Positions 14,833 to 28,560 of a stretch of 64,000 bases of DNA are shown here, piece after piece; within the stretch, counting starts at the first letter, position 1, and each line of letters starts with the position of its first letter. The DNA comes from Tubulanus polymorphus. Taxonomy: Eukaryota; Animalia; Nemertea. The translations under genes were made by a program, and so were the position numbers. The DNA lies in contig NC_134036.1 of NCBI RefSeq assembly GCF_964204645.1, positions 558,001 through 622,000 on the forward strand, in the 5' to 3' direction. The notes beneath the pieces are model-generated. The model saw only the letters and a list, made by a program, of their open reading frames with translations, had not been told where the DNA came from and did no database searches.

Positions 14833-15142
14833 TACACGGTAAACATTCCATTTACATTTCAATATCAATACGACTTCTCAAAAGTCATTCTATCTATGTT
14901 CACACACATTAACAAATGACTCCATGGAGTCTGACTTCTCTCTCTCTCACACACGCACTCATACAAGACGGAGATAGAATCAAACTGTGGCAAGTGAACG
15001 TTCATCAGTAGGATAGGATCACAGTTATTTTAAGTAGGGGCTTCAGAAATTCGGAATGTGAGTTAAGAAATAAAATCCTCCTTCGTTTTACACAAAAAAT
15101 TCAATTACCAATTTATTAATTAGATTTATTACTAATTAGCAA

Positions 15143-18100
15143 TTAGCCCTTAAAGTCCCAGTGCGTCTCATCGAACGGATCGACTTCTTTAGGTTGGTAA
15201 TGTTTACGCGCGTCTTCAGGTAACAGCATTAGATCGTCTTGATCGCGAATGACGCCCTGTAATTAAATAGCAATAAAGTGATCATCAGCGATCAACGTTT
15301 ACTATATTAACTTTTCTTATGAGAGGCAATATTCTATTAAGATGCTTAATGGATTATGATCTTATGAAGATCTTATGAATATCTCATGAAAACATGTTCA
15401 ATTCATCTCTAGCACTTGAGGGTATTAATCAGTCAGCATTGAAAGAGTTGTAAACCTATGTAAAACGAACATCAGTCAGTCTGAATGTTCAGAGGCTGCA
15501 AAACCCAGTTCCACAGTTGTGAGTTAAAGTTAACTCTGAGTTAAAATTAGTTCATTTTCAATGAGTTAACTCGGGGTCAAATCTTAACTCGGAACTGTGG
15601 AACTGGACCACCTGAAAAGTTAGTTAAAGAAAACATGTGGATAAATACGGTAGTAACTATGAAGTTTTAATTTTCACTACATCATCTATCCACTGGTTAA
15701 CTCTAAACAACTATTCAGCAACTGGAGCGCCCCCTAAGTATTTTAGAGTCACTTACCTTCGGTAAATATCCGATTAATTTATGCGCGTGTTCTCTGATTA
15801 ATCTCTGTCTTTCCTCTTCGATGATCTGTAAACGTAATTGTTCCATTCTTTCTTCCATTCGTCTCTCTTCCAATTCTCGTTCCTAGGAAACAGCAACAAC
15901 AATGATCGACAGTTAGCCGCAGTGGCGACAGCGCTAGGGAATCAGGGGGAAACAGAAAATATTAGGGTTGCAAAACGAAACAGAAAATATAAACTTTTCT
16001 TTATAAAATATAACAAAGTAATTAATACGTATCATAAACTATTAAGGCATTCAAATTCAGATGATTTTCGCTGGTATCAAACAGCGCCATCTACTGACCT
16101 TATCCTGAGCGAACTGTTCTCGTCGTTCCTGTAACAGTTTTTCGACGGCCCGTTTGTGTTCCTCTTGTTTCATACGACGCCGCTGAGCGTTCATCTGTTC
16201 GATACGATCGTCTTCTGCGAACTTCGCCAATAACTACAACAATAAACAGCCATTACTATGACAACCGAATAGTCTGTTGTTCGAAGGTTTGTTTAAAGGT
16301 TAACATTCAGCTTACTGAAAGACCAAAGCCTAGGCTAGGCTTTATATACTAGGGGCCAGTTGCATAATCATAGCATAAATTCAAGACCAGTCTTAGAACA
16401 ACTTAGCACTATAGCTAATCTAATTAGAACAGTCTTAAGATTTAAGACCACTTTTAAAGTTATAATCAAGCAACTTGGCCTAGGACTTGGTGTCTGTTTA
16501 ACTGTAATAATAGAGCTTTCATTTGTGATATTTTGTGGAACTGAAAGTTCCCGATCTATAGAACTGACGATGATTTTATTTGTGATATTTTGATCTATAG
16601 AACAGAGGATGAAGATTATTAATTTCTCGACCTGTTTCCTCATCTCATTCTCTTCCTCTCTTTCCGCCTCTTCTCTCATTAGTTTATATCTCATCTGTTC
16701 GGCGTGAACGCGTTGTAACTCGACACGCGCGCGGAACTGTTTCTCGATGAGATCGCGTTCCTTCTGTCGATCGGCCTCCTCCTGTTCCTCGAGATACAAC
16801 TCCGTTCGTATACGTTCCATCTCCGTTCTCAGACGTTCCTTTTCGGCGATCTGTTCGGCGAGCGTTTCCTGAACGTTCGCCTTCGCCTCCTCGCGCAGAC
16901 GTTTCTTCTCCTGGTGATCGGCCTCGCGTGTTTTCATCGTTTCCGCGTACTCCTGTATTTTACGGTTCTCCTCCGCGTAACGTTCCTCCTCGCGTTCCTT
17001 CCACTCGGCTCGTTTCTGTTTGAACTCTTCGATATAACGTTGCGTCGCCAGGCGCTTCTCTTTCTGTAACTCGCGATCTCTGAATCAACAAACGAATCAG
17101 TTATATTTGAAATTTAAACAGAAAACTGACCGAACATCGTAGTTAATCTACAACAGCGAATCTTATTGAAAATGACACATCTCAATAGACAAATCAGTTA
17201 TATTTAAAATTCGAATAACTCTCGATATCAGGGACACTCGGTCTCCCTACCTTTGATCTTCTTCGTAAATTTTACGAGCGATTTCATCGATGATGAGTTT
17301 ATCTTTGAGCAGTTCTTCATAAGCCTCTTGTTTTTGCCTTTCTTGCTCCTGAACAAAAAAAAAAGAACATATTTAACGATGATTCTTACAAAAATCCCTA
17401 TTCCCATAACTGACTAGATTCAATCAGATAGGGCGCGACGGGGTGGGTAGTGTGCCGCAGGGCGCGACGGGGCGGGTAGTGTGCCGCAGGGCTGATACTT
17501 ACCTCTAGTTGTGTTTCTAACTCTTGTTGATATCGGACCTGGGCGGCGTATCGGGCTTTCTCCGCCTCTCTCTCCGCCTCTTGCGCCCTCTCGTATTCCT
17601 CCTTACGTTGTTGGGCGATCTCCGCGTCGCGAGCCGTCACGTCGTATTTCAAAGCCTCTTTCTCAGCTCGTTGGGCCTCGAGTTCTTTAGCCATGTAAGC
17701 CGCTTTCAGTTTAGCCTCCGTTTCACGTAATTCAATACTGAAATATTCAAACATAAATTTATTTCTTTTTTTGTTGACAATTACAACAAACTTTTGAAGT
17801 GAATTTTTGAAAAAACCCAGTTCGACAATTCAGTCAGTTAAGTCAGCTCTGGATATCATGAGGCCCCCTCCCTGCCCCCCCTAAAAAAGATATTTCAATA
17901 TTCCTGCCCAATGTCTCCGATTTGACTCGAGTTCAATAATTGCCAAAAAAACTTCAAAAGTTCAATTTTTAAATTTTTCTATTGAAATTATGTGAGATTT
18001 TTGAGGATATATCAATATTTCTACCTATTTTCTCTGATTTGCTGCCGTAGTTTTTCCTCTTTCGCTTCCTGAAGTTTTATCCGCTCGAGTTCCGAGGCCA

Positions 18101-18899
18101 GACGCGATTCCATTTCTTTCTGATCCTCTTTGATTTGACGATTTCTTTCGGCCTGAAACAGAAATATCGAAATGTTACGATATCAAAATGTTGAAATATC
18201 GCAAAGTTAAATCCATCTAATTTTCCGCAATCTTAGGAAAATGGAACTTACGGTCAGGATTGCTTCTTCCATTTCGCGTTCCCGACGTTCCAGTTCCATG
18301 TAACGGATCATGCGTTTGTTTTCGACGCGTTCCCGGCTGGCGACGTTCGCCTCGAGCAGCTGCTGATCTCGCAGCTGTTTCAGAGTGTCCTCGCGCATCT
18401 CTTCCTGACGACGAGTTTGCTGCTGCACCGACGAGTGCTGAGTGCGACGGACGGTCGTCTAAAAATAATAGAATCCACTTCGTTATAGAAATCAACTTTT
18501 AGAATATACCATAAAAGTCACTGTTGAGATCAATGAAAAATATGGCGTTATGAAGAGGATATTTTCATTGCATTCGAGTTTGAGCAAATTTGTTCTCTTC
18601 TGAAAAATGTCTGGGTTAGGATTAAGTCAAGAGTGTGAACACGAACAGAAGCAGTCGGCAGTATTTGTTAAACCGATTTTGACTGTAGATCAAACCAGTT
18701 TCATACTACAAATGATGGACGGACGGAGGCTGCAAGGAAACTGGATCGGATGCAGCAGTCGTCAATAAAATTGAGTTTGTTGAGTTTACAAGAAAGAAGG
18801 GAGAAATATAAAAATTACGAGCGATCGAAAGGCTGTGGATTCTAAATGTTCCGTTTAGAAAATACTCGCATATTTATTCTATGAATTAGAACTCACCAT
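15143..18899 (-). CDS. MNS1: Meiosis-specific nuclear structural protein 1 (axonemal coiled-coil protein), 497 aa; exons 18897-18899 (ATG only), 18252-18458, 18025-18152, 17503-17737, 17251-17348, 16632-17079, 16099-16233, 15757-15882, 15143-15256
   Basis: Motifs EKLRQQIRENSIELRETEAKLKAAYM, EAYEELLKDKLIIDEIARKIYEEDQ, LAKFAEDDRIEQMNAQRRRMKQEEHKRAVE and IIEEERQRLIREHAHKLIGYLPKGV. Exon lengths sum to 1494 nt in one frame with GT-AG junctions. Confidence 0.93.
15505..15606. mobile_element. ~100-bp MITE (family 5); relative at about 58314-58415
   Basis: TIR ccagttccacagtt ... aactgtggaactgg; shared interior gttaaaattagttcattttcaatgagtt. Confidence 0.75.
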
Positions 18900-18973
18900 T
18901 TTCGATGTCTGTATAAGTTAAAGCCGATATGAACGATTTTAGAGGTAAAATTCTATTCAAATGTTGATTATTT

Positions 18974-19010
18974 GTTGTCAGGGACGCGGATCTCAGTTAC
19001 TAGGGGAGAC
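18974..19010. promoter_or_regulatory. X-box-like (RFX) motifs upstream of MNS1
   Basis: gttgtcagggacgc (18974-18987) and gttactaggggagac (18996-19010), 75-110 bp upstream of the ATG of a motile-cilia gene. Confidence 0.5.
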
Positions 19011-19349
19011 AGATATCGGATACTGCGATTAAAGGTCAAATTTAGTATTTATCTCAGTTTTAATTTAAATAAAGAATAAGAATAGATAAATTAGATCGCT
19101 TTAGTGATATTCTGATAAACTATATTTAGATTTTAAGGATTATTTGCAAAAAACATAATTTTATCATAAATGATCACCCCTATTCATAATAGACTCGACT
19201 AGGTTTCTCCGGTTGTAGGTAAATCCGGTAATGGGACTACAGTAATAGTACGGATGTGGGACTTAGACGGGTTAGCGGTTGGTGGCAGCACTATACGGTT
19301 ACCCGATCGAATTTCTGCATACGTCGGGCCGGGTATAGTAGTTTTAAAC

Positions 19350-19960
19350 GATTAACTAAGCATTTGAATTTTTTGTCTCCGATTACGATGAAATTTAGTA
19401 TAGACATGTATTTTGGGATGCTGATCACAAATCTGAAAGAATCTTTTGGATCCAAGGTCCAAAAAAGGAGAAATTCGAATTTTTTGGGGACCCCTAAAAT
19501 TTCAAAATGCCATGGAACCCAGAATTTTTGAGATATTCAAAATCTATCAGCAGATTTGGAATCAGCACCCCTGAAAATGTATAGGACTAAAATTTCAAAC
19601 AAATCGAAGAGATTCGATTTTTTGGCCAAAAATGGCAAAAATCTAAGGTGTTAGTCCAGGAGTTTTTTTCGGGCGAAAAATTTTTTTTCTCTGATTCTTT
19701 CGAAACTTTGTAGGAAGATGTATTCTGATGTGTAGATTCCGGATCCGAAATCAGATTTTGAATCCAAATTTATCTTCATGGGCAAATAAGGGTGTTTATG
19801 CCCAAAATATGTACCCCAAAAATGGGGGAGAAAGTCAAAATTTCATTTTTGCCCATTTTCAGTAAAATTTTAGTACGGACATATTTTTGTGGTGCTGATC
19901 ACAAAAATGAGGTTAGTTTTTGGATACCAGGCCCCTAAAATGAGATATTCAGGATTCTGT
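19350..19960. mobile_element. Probable non-autonomous DNA transposon remnant with internal direct and inverted subrepeats
   Basis: Recurring tatttt..g(a/g)tgctgatcacaaa..tga units and an inverted copy cagatttggaatcagcaccc; no ORF; boundaries approximate. Confidence 0.45.
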
Positions 19961-21904
19961 TTTTTTAACTCCCCGGCGATTTTCGTCTCAAAATATTGAT
20001 GATATAGTTTAAATATATATTTTTTTTTTGTGATGACGCAAACATTCAATTAATTTCTAGAAAGAAATTGAGTTTCTTACTATAACCCTGGGTTATAGTT
20101 CCGGCAACAACCCCGGGCAATCCGCACAGGCTGCGACAACTTAACTCATTTAACTACTTCTTATGAAATTCAGGAAATACTATGTTCATTTAACTATTTA
20201 ACTATTTTGACTTAAAAAAGTTGCTTCAAAATATTAATTAATTAAGAGAATAGTGTTATTAGATAAAGCGACAGCTTTGATGGAACTGAACTCGCCGCGG
20301 CCTCACTAATAAAGCAAGGTCGGCACTCGACCGTCTAGTGCCGCCCCTATGTATATCGATAGCGGGGAAAATTCGAACTAATTTTATATTCGCTTGCCAG
20401 AGTCTTTGAACGGTCGTAATGGACGAACTATTTACCGATTTGCGGGCCGGATTTCGAAAACCATCTCTTAAAATCTTAAAACAGCACTGAAACTATTCAA
20501 CTGAAAGTTTTTGTTAAAAATATAGTTTTAAAAGAGTAAATTTGCACCGGGGAATTTTTGTTTTGCCGGGGAGAAGGCGCCATGGATATTTGTATTTTAT
20601 ATTGATTTGCTCACCAAAATTATGTCATGGGAGGAAAAAAGTGAAAGTTTTGTCAATTTTTTTGAAGGATTATCATCCAAGATGTTTGTAAATAATCAAT
20701 TTTCTTTATATGAATTCTAATTGATTGTTAAGTGAGTTTTTGCTTAAAACAGAACAGCAAATCATTTACTAAGAAATATAGGAATATCATCCAAAATTCA
20801 TGAAGTATTCATAGTATCATATTTAATCAGAATTAGGCGACACACTGGTCCGTATTGTACGTAATAAGGAATTTTATATTCCGGCGGTAAATATGCGCCG
20901 CTATTTTAGTTCACAGAAATTCCGCTATCGTTATTTTTAGGGGCAGCACTGTACGGTTAAAATCTAACGCAGCCTCGCTATCTTACTGTGGCATGCGAGT
21001 AATACAGATATAATTTTTAGCCGAATTTCGTTCGTTGTTTAAGACGGTTCCGTTGTATATGAATAATTCTATTAATTTATTAGCCTTAGGTAAGGTGACT
21101 TTCTTTTTAAAACGATTTTCAAGCCATTTTTGATAGAACCCTTTTGTCAGCGGAATGTATTAACATCCGGTAAAGCGGCAGACTCACATGCCGCAGGAAG
21201 AATTTCTAGCAAATTAAATATTATTCTCGGAGTTTTTCAGACCATAAAATATATTTATTAAATACAACAGCCAATCTACTAACCCAGTGGTTTACACTTC
21301 CCTTAGATCTCATCGGACAAATAAATATCACTTTTCATTCATATTTTATTATGAAATGTCAAATCAGAGTAGCACTTATCAGCATTTATTGACATTTTTT
21401 TTGCAAAAATCAGTTCCCGGTTTTAACTTTAACCCAGGGGCTAACTTAATTCGTTTTCAATTGAGTTAACCCATTGGTTAAAGATGATACCAGTCTATAA
21501 AACTGGGCCCTGGGTTTTAACAACTTTTTCCAAAAAGTAGCTCTTAAAAGAGTGTTGCTAAAAACCATTGACATGGAAAAGTCAGATTCTCAGGATAATG
21601 TAGCCTCAAATCTTAGTCTCCTGTTCCTGTTCCTGACAACCATGAAAACTTATAAACAATACATAAAATTACGAAAGATCACAATCGCCTCTTATTATAT
21701 TCATTTCATATTTATTCATGGAAAAATAATTACAAAATTGTTCACCTACTACCAGTATACATGAAATAATAATCAATATTAATCATTAACTAATTAACTT
21801 ATAATAAATTCATATTAATTAAACTTAGATAATTGGTATCTACTTAATTAAATAATTTCTCTAAAACCTGGCGACCAGCGCTTGGTTGTTTCTGATATCT
21901 CAAA

Positions 21905-24900
21905 CTATTCAACGTTGATAGTTTGAGATCCGGGGTTTGATATTTTAATCGGTCCCGTCTGACCGGCTATTTTACGATGAGATATTCCCTGTTGCGCGTT
22001 TCCTCCACCGGTGGCGCTGTTGACCGGATATTTTGCTGCTGTCGCCTGGCCGATTGTTTGCTACGAAATAAAAAATAAAATAAAATTCCCGATAATTGAA
22101 AATCGAAATTAAAATGATTGCATTGTTACGGTCATTACCTTGACAATCGGTTGATGGCGTTCGACGATTACGCTGCTCATAGGTGGCGCTAGTTGAACGT
22201 TATTTGAACCGAGCGGTGAAGGTTTGTTGGATTTTGTCGCGTCAGCTCGACCGGTGATTTTAGCGGAGATCGTTCTGGTGTTGGCGACTGGTCGTGTCTG
22301 CAGTGATTTACTCATCGAAGACTGAAATAGAAAATTCTTTTGCTTAGAAAAAATTCCATGTGTTCGCGAATTGGCGGTCCCTACAGATCAGTCATTACTG
22401 GATATAAGGAATTTTAAAGCAGAAAATTTCAAATTTTGAGGAAGCATCTGCATCACTTTCATATCCCAACTACTGTAGACTCCTAAATCGGTACTGTTTA
22501 TCTCGGTGAACCATCAATTCAGTGGTTTGTTAGCAATTATCTATTATCCCATACGCTAACTGAACTTAGTTTATTATGCAATAAAAAAAGTCTTAAGAAA
22601 TTTCTCGCATGTGCAAAAAAAATTTACAAACCACTTTAGTCTTGGAAGCCTGACTTGTTATAACTCTAGGGGGCGCTGCTGTATGATAGATCGGTTCCTG
22701 TTGATATTTATACGACTCGACCGGCCGAACAGGCGGCATATTCTCGTTACTATGGTAACACGACTGTTGTTGTTGCTGTTGCGAAGAAGTGGGCGGAGTT
22801 GGTTGTTGATTGACGCTCGACGAATCGCTGCCTGTAGGCGGGAAATGAAATGAAAATGTCATGAAAGCTTCTCACAAGTGAAATACTATTTGCTGAATGT
22901 GAATTCATAGAAGCAAAAACTGTAAAATTTCTCATTTTCAAAACCAACAGTTTATGATATATCAAATTTATTCCAAGAGAGGGACCGGGGGTCATCCGAA
23001 ATCAATCTACCCTTGGATAGAATTGAAATCATTGAGCTGAGAATTTGTACCTTGTTTCTCACCGGCCTCGTTAAACATCGTCATAGCTTCCATATTCAAC
23101 GCACAAACTCCTCTCATGAACGCTTTCTTCATAGTTTCCTCATATTCATCGCGTTGTTTGTGCAGTTTCGTTACTTCCGTTCTAGAATCGGCCAACGCTT
23201 CTTCTAACTACCGAGATAAGAATATAGAGGGCGTATTTATGAGTTTGTGGTCAGCCGCCGAGTACCATCGCATTTAATACCCAACCATTCAGTTTAACAG
23301 TCAACAGTTAACGAGCAAAACCCACTGATGATTTAAAAATTTATTCTGACAGTTGCGAAGTTTTGAAAAGGTTATGTAAACTAATATTTTGATTTTCTGT
23401 GATGATGAAGTTAAGTCAAAACTTCGAAACTGTCAGAATAAACTGTTACAAATCTTTAACTGTAGGTTTTACTCATTAACTCTGAATTACTAAGATTAAT
23501 GTCAATCTACCAGTCAGTTTTCAGTTAAGCCTTTTAATCAGGTCCCAGTTTCACAAAAAAAATTAAGACCTAAATCGATTTAAAATAAACTGAATTAATG
23601 AAGAAATTAAATCGATTTAAGAGATAAACCTTTTTGTGAAACTGGGCCCTGAGTATAATTCAGTTCATACTAAAGACACAGTTTAAACTGTCACAATGTC
23701 AGTTACCGGTACCCAGTGTACCCAGTGTAGTTGCGGTAATTTCTAAACGTACCGAACGAATCCTTGCTTCGTAGTCATTGCTCAAATCCATACAAACTTC
23801 GCTAGCCTTCGATTGACACGCTTTCTCAACTCGATCCCTCCATTTAGCTTCGATCACCGAATGCCAGCTTTCCCAAACTTTACGCTGTAACGCCGTGCGA
23901 TGATGCTTCCTGGCCATGTTCAACGCAAATTCCTAAAAAAAAAACCAGTTAAACTAGTTTTTGAAATTAATCAATTCTGGCTCCAGTTTTCCACAGTTCT
24001 TGCATAAGTTTGATTTACGAGTCAAATAAAGTCATTTCAATGGTTTTAAAAGTCCAATCTAAACTCAGAACTGGGTTCTGTTCTACTTTTGCCGGCCTAA
24101 ATATCTGTAATTAGAAACATGTTTTAGAACCCAGTTCTACCACGGAGAACCCGGTTGTCAGTTAGATAGATAGCTCCAACTCAATCCATATTCTCACTAA
24201 TCTAAAAACCATAGTAACAATGAACTTTCAATTTTCACTATGTCAATTATCCACTGGTTAACTGTAAACAACTTTTGAGAATTTGCAGCCCCTTTAATTT
24301 GAAACATGTTTGAGAACCCAACAGTTACACTACTGAGAACCCATTTTTCAGTTAGATAGATAGCTCCAACTCAATCCATATTCTCACAAATCTAAAAACC
24401 ATAGTAACAATTAATTTTCAATTGTCAACTATCATCTGGTTAACTCTAAAAACAACTTTTAAGAATTTGTAGCCCCTTTAATTAGAAACATGTTTGAGAA
24501 CCCAACAGTTACACTACTGGGAACCCATTTTTCAGTTAGATAGATAGCTCCAACTCGATCTAAAACCCTACCTCGCGTTTCTGATCATTCAGTTTTATTT
24601 TCCACTCGCAGAAAGCTCGTAGAGTTTGATATTTATCTTGTTGTTTTTGCATCGCCGTCGTCAGGTTTGAAATCACCGTGTCTTTACGTTTGATCGATTG
24701 TTCGTACGTCGATATTAAATCTCTCAATCCGTCCATTTCTGACTGCAACTGACGAGTCACGACGCGACATCTGAAAAACAGTTTCATCAATTCGTTTATG
24801 AATCAATCGAAAGTTTTGCCACGCAGTTTGACTTGGTTCAGTCACTAGATCAATTTAAATCGAGACTCAAAAACGACTTCAGTAATTTGACGACTGCACA

Positions 24901-26745
24901 AGAGTTCAACTGTAAATATCAAAACATATAAACCTAAACTGAAATCTTTAAATTAGACTCAACAATAAGAACTTTTCTCACTATTTCCTTCTGCCAGGTT
25001 CCTTGCCCCTCTCTCTATTTTTTACTCTCTCTCCCTCTCCCTTAAACCTCTTTCTTTTCTCCCTCTCTTCCTCTCCCTTTTCAACCTCTCTCTCTCCATT
25101 TTCTCTCCCTCTAGGTTTTGACCCTATCTTCCTTTCATCTCTACTTCTTCTATCTACGCTCTCACCCCCTTCTGTCTCTCCCTCTATCTTCACCCTACCT
25201 CTCTCCCCTTTCTCCTCCTCTCTCTCCCCTTCCCTCTCACCCTCTGTCACCCCCTTCTGTCTCTCCCTCTATCTTCACCCTACCTCGCCCTCTCATCTCC
25301 CCCTCTCATTTCCTCTTATCTCTTACTTTTCTTTCTCTTCCTCAATAGTTTTCTTCGCGTTCTGCGTAATTCTGATTTTCAACTGACTCAATTCGGCCTA
25401 AAATTGATAAAACAAATCAACGCAATTCAAACACAACAAATAAAACAGTTAAAAAACAGTTGAATTCAAACCGACAGTTCTCACTCACCAGAACGTTCCT
25501 CTTTAAATCAAACGTCCATTGATCCAAAACGCTTTCCATGCGAGTTAAATCCTCGTCCAACAACAAACGAGGATTATCAACCTCTTCACCGTCCTCTTCT
25601 CCTTCCTCCTCTTCCTCCGTCTGCTCTTGATTGTCGACCTCAGCGACGATCTTTTCCTCCTCTATTTCGAGGATATCCGCCGGCAACGAGGCTCGAATTC
25701 TCGACACGTCCGCGGCCGTCACTGAAAATATCAAACAGGAATTTTTTTGCCGGCGTTTTGATGATAATCTAAAATTGAGGAAATAGGTTTGGACTAAATC
25801 CTCTAAATCCACTCTTGAGTGAAGATGAATTAAACCCAGTTGCACATTCATGGCTTAGACTTAAGACCAGTCTAAGACCAACTAAGTTCTATAGACAATC
25901 TAACAACTTAAGATCAGTCTTAAGGTTTAAGATCACTTTTGGACTAAAGTCACAACTGTGCAACTTAGCCCTGGGGCCAGTTGCACAGACCAAAAATGGT
26001 TCTAAACCTTAAGACTGGTTTAAAGTTGTTAAATAGGCTATAGAGCTAGGTCTTAGACTGGTCTTAATTCAAAGCCACGACTCTGCAACTTGGCCCTGGT
26101 TTTTTTTTAGACCCGAGACAATAAAAGATTCAAGCTTTTTTCACTTGAATTTTTGTCGTCTAATTTCTACTTACTTCGCGTTTCTTGATAGGAAACTTTC
26201 TTAATCGTTTTTTCCTTGCGTTTTTTCTGAATGTCGTTGTTGCTATCGTCCGATCCTACCGTAGATTCTAAACAAAACACGACCGCGAATACTCAAATAA
26301 AATCAAACCACGCACGGAGGAACCAGAAAATCTTCCGAACCCAAAACTTACCCGCGGTAGACGATTGTGGCTCTCGTTCGATGATCATATGACGCTCGCT
26401 AGATGGCGCCGGCGTCGACGTAGAAGCGATCGGTTGCTCATTGTTGTCGTTGTTGCCGGGGGCGCTGAACGTTCCTCGCGAATCGGTCAATTTCATCGCG
26501 TATTGTTTCGGGTCGTAGGATGGAACGACCACCGCGTACTTAATAACCTCTTCGTATTCATCCTAGGAAAAACAGAAATATTCAATCATCCTAGGAAAAG
26601 AAGTTGATTATTTCATTAAAGATCTCAGCTGCCAGGGACGGACGGACGAACTTACGAGAAACTGACTGGAGACGGAGCTTCCTGGTGAATCCGGAGGTAA
26701 CATCGGAATACTGCTCGATTCATTATTATTAGATTCATCAGACAT
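21905..26745 (-). CDS. POC5: Centrosomal protein POC5, 590 aa; exons 26656-26745, 26352-26562, 26175-26267, 25489-25721, 25327-25397, 24572-24770, 23753-23932, 23051-23207, 22632-22831, 22139-22321, 21905-22060
   Basis: N-terminal DSPGSSVSS...DEYEEVIKYAVV; Sfi1-like Trp repeats (RAFCEWK, RKVWESWHSVIEAKWRDRVEKACQ); signature MKKAFMRGVCALNMEAMTMF; C-terminal VERHQPIVKQTIGQATAAKYP. Exons sum to 1773 nt with consistent phases. Confidence 0.93.
24105..24556. repeat. ~185-bp tandem duplication (about 2.4 copies) containing a MITE fragment
   Basis: gaaacatgttt...cagttagatagatagctccaactc occurs three times. Confidence 0.85.
24981..25320. repeat. CT-rich low-complexity tract in a POC5 intron
   Basis: Almost pure pyrimidine on the + strand. 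Confidence 0.9.
25835..26098. mobile_element. Two adjacent, oppositely oriented copies of a ~135-bp MITE (family 1)
   Basis: TIRs ccagttgca...tgcaact(t)ggccc and internal cttaagaccagtctaagacc; further copies near 16352-16480, 30292-30577, 43800-43942 and 47683-47822. Confidence 0.8.
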
Positions 26746-26953
26746 GGCGATAATTCACTGAAATATAAACACATTTCATTTTAATTCATTAATTCGTTGA
26801 TTAAAATAGGTCACCGTTTTTGTTGAGGTTATCCGTGTGGTGGTGGTTGGGCCGGGGTATGGAATTGTTTTGTGGGCCTCGTCAATTCAAACTGTGTATT
26901 TCTCGTGATCTAATCACAGCTAACCCGAAATTCGAACGGCTTTAAGAACATAT

Positions 26954-27164
26954 ACTCACGAATTACTATTCGGGATGCGGTTGATTGTCAGTAGAATTGA
27001 TCACAAGTGTCGAAAAACGCGATTTATTCGTGTTAAAAAATTTGAATTCGACGCCGATTTGAATGTTAGACACCGTACGGTGCTGCCCCCTCGTCAATTC
27101 AATTGATTTCAATGTAATTTAATTCCGCGCTCAATCCAACGCGATGAAAAGGAATCTGGTAAGT
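26954..27164. promoter_or_regulatory. Probable bidirectional promoter (POC5 on -, possible PK 5'-most exon on +)
   Basis: Minus-strand donor (actcac at ~26954) and plus-strand donor (ctg|gtaagt at 27159) face away from each other about 200 bp apart in CpG-rich sequence. Confidence 0.45.
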
Positions 27165-27416
27165 TTTATCGCTATTTTACATATTTGTAATGATTTGAAG
27201 ATAGTTGGGAATGATTATATATCAGCCTATGAATGATTTTTTGTGAAATTTGAATGGAAAATCTGCTGTCATTTTAATTTCTTAAAACTTGAGAAGGAAT
27301 TTGAGCCGGCTTGCCGCCGATTGAGGCTTGTGCGTAGTTTGTCGCGTTTGTTTGTGGCCAACCACTGTCACGGTAACCTGACTGGTTTAGTTTCACGATC
27401 AGATATTTTCACGGTC

Positions 27417-28560
27417 AAACTAATTGAGCTGGCTTGTGCCCTGTGCCCAGTGACTGAGACAAACTAATTGAGGTGGCTTGTGCCATGTGTCCAGTCAATG
27501 AGACAAACTAATTGAGGTGGCTTGTGCCATGTGTCCAGTGACTGAGACAAACTAATTGAGGAGGCTTGTGCCCTGTGCCCAGTCACTGAGACAAACAAAT
27601 TGAGATGGCTTGGTGCCCTGTGCCCAGTCACTGAGACAAACAAATTGAGATGGCTTGGTGCCCTGTGCCCAGTCACTGAGACAAACTAATTGATGTGGCT
27701 TGTGCCCTGTGCCCAGTCACTGAGACAAACTAATTGAGCTGGCTTGTGCCCTGTGTCCAGTCAATGAGACAAACTAATTGAGGTGGCTTGTGCCCTGCGC
27801 CCAGTCACTGAGACAAACTAATTGATGTGGCTTGTGCCCTGTGCCCAGTCACTGAGACAAACTAATTGAGCTGGCTTGTGCCCTGTGTCCAGTCAATGAG
27901 ACAAACTAATTGATGTGGCTTGTTCCATGTGTCCAGTCACTGAGACAAACTAATTGATGTGGCTTGTGCCCTGTGCCCAGTCACTGAGACAAACTAATTG
28001 AGCTGGCTTGTGCCCTGTGTCCAGTCAATGAGACAAACTAATTGATGTGGCTTGTGCCATGTGTCCAGTCACTGAGACAAACTAATTGATGTGGCTTGTG
28101 CCCTGTGCCCAGTCAATGAGACAAACTAATTGATGTGGCTTGTGCCCTGTGTCCAGTCAATGAGACAAACTAATTGATGTGGCTTGTGCCCTGTGCCCAG
28201 TCACTGAGACAAACTAATTGAGCTGGCTTGTGCCCTGTGTCCAGTCAATGAGACAAACTAATTGATGTGGCTTGTGCCCTGTGCCCTGTCACTGAGACAA
28301 ACTAATTGAGCTGGCTTGTGCCCTGTGTCCAGTCAATGAGACAAACTAATTGATGTGGCTTGTGCCCTGTGCCCAGTCACTGAGACAAACTAATTGAGCT
28401 GGCTTGTGCCCTGTGTCCAGTCACTGAGACAAACTAATTGATGTGGCTTGTGCCCTGTGTCCAGTCAATGAGACAAACTAATTGATGTGGCTTGTGCCCT
28501 GTGCCCAGTCACTGAGACAAACTAATTGGGCTGGATTCCCTGACCAGCCACTGAGACAAA
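27417..28560. repeat. 42-bp minisatellite, about 27 copies
   Basis: Unit aaactaattgatgtggcttgtgccctgtgcccagtcactgagac with alternating variants. Confidence 0.95.

Noticed and set aside
24981-25386. Glu/Arg-rich and Ser/Pro/Leu-rich ORFs
   Set aside because: Artefacts of a CT-rich intronic tract; only 25327-25397 (-) is a POC5 exon.
27417-28560. Regular repeats resembling a CRISPR array (also 44096-44488, 49065-49386, 52481-53181)
   Set aside because: No unique spacers, no cas genes, eukaryotic context; these are minisatellites.
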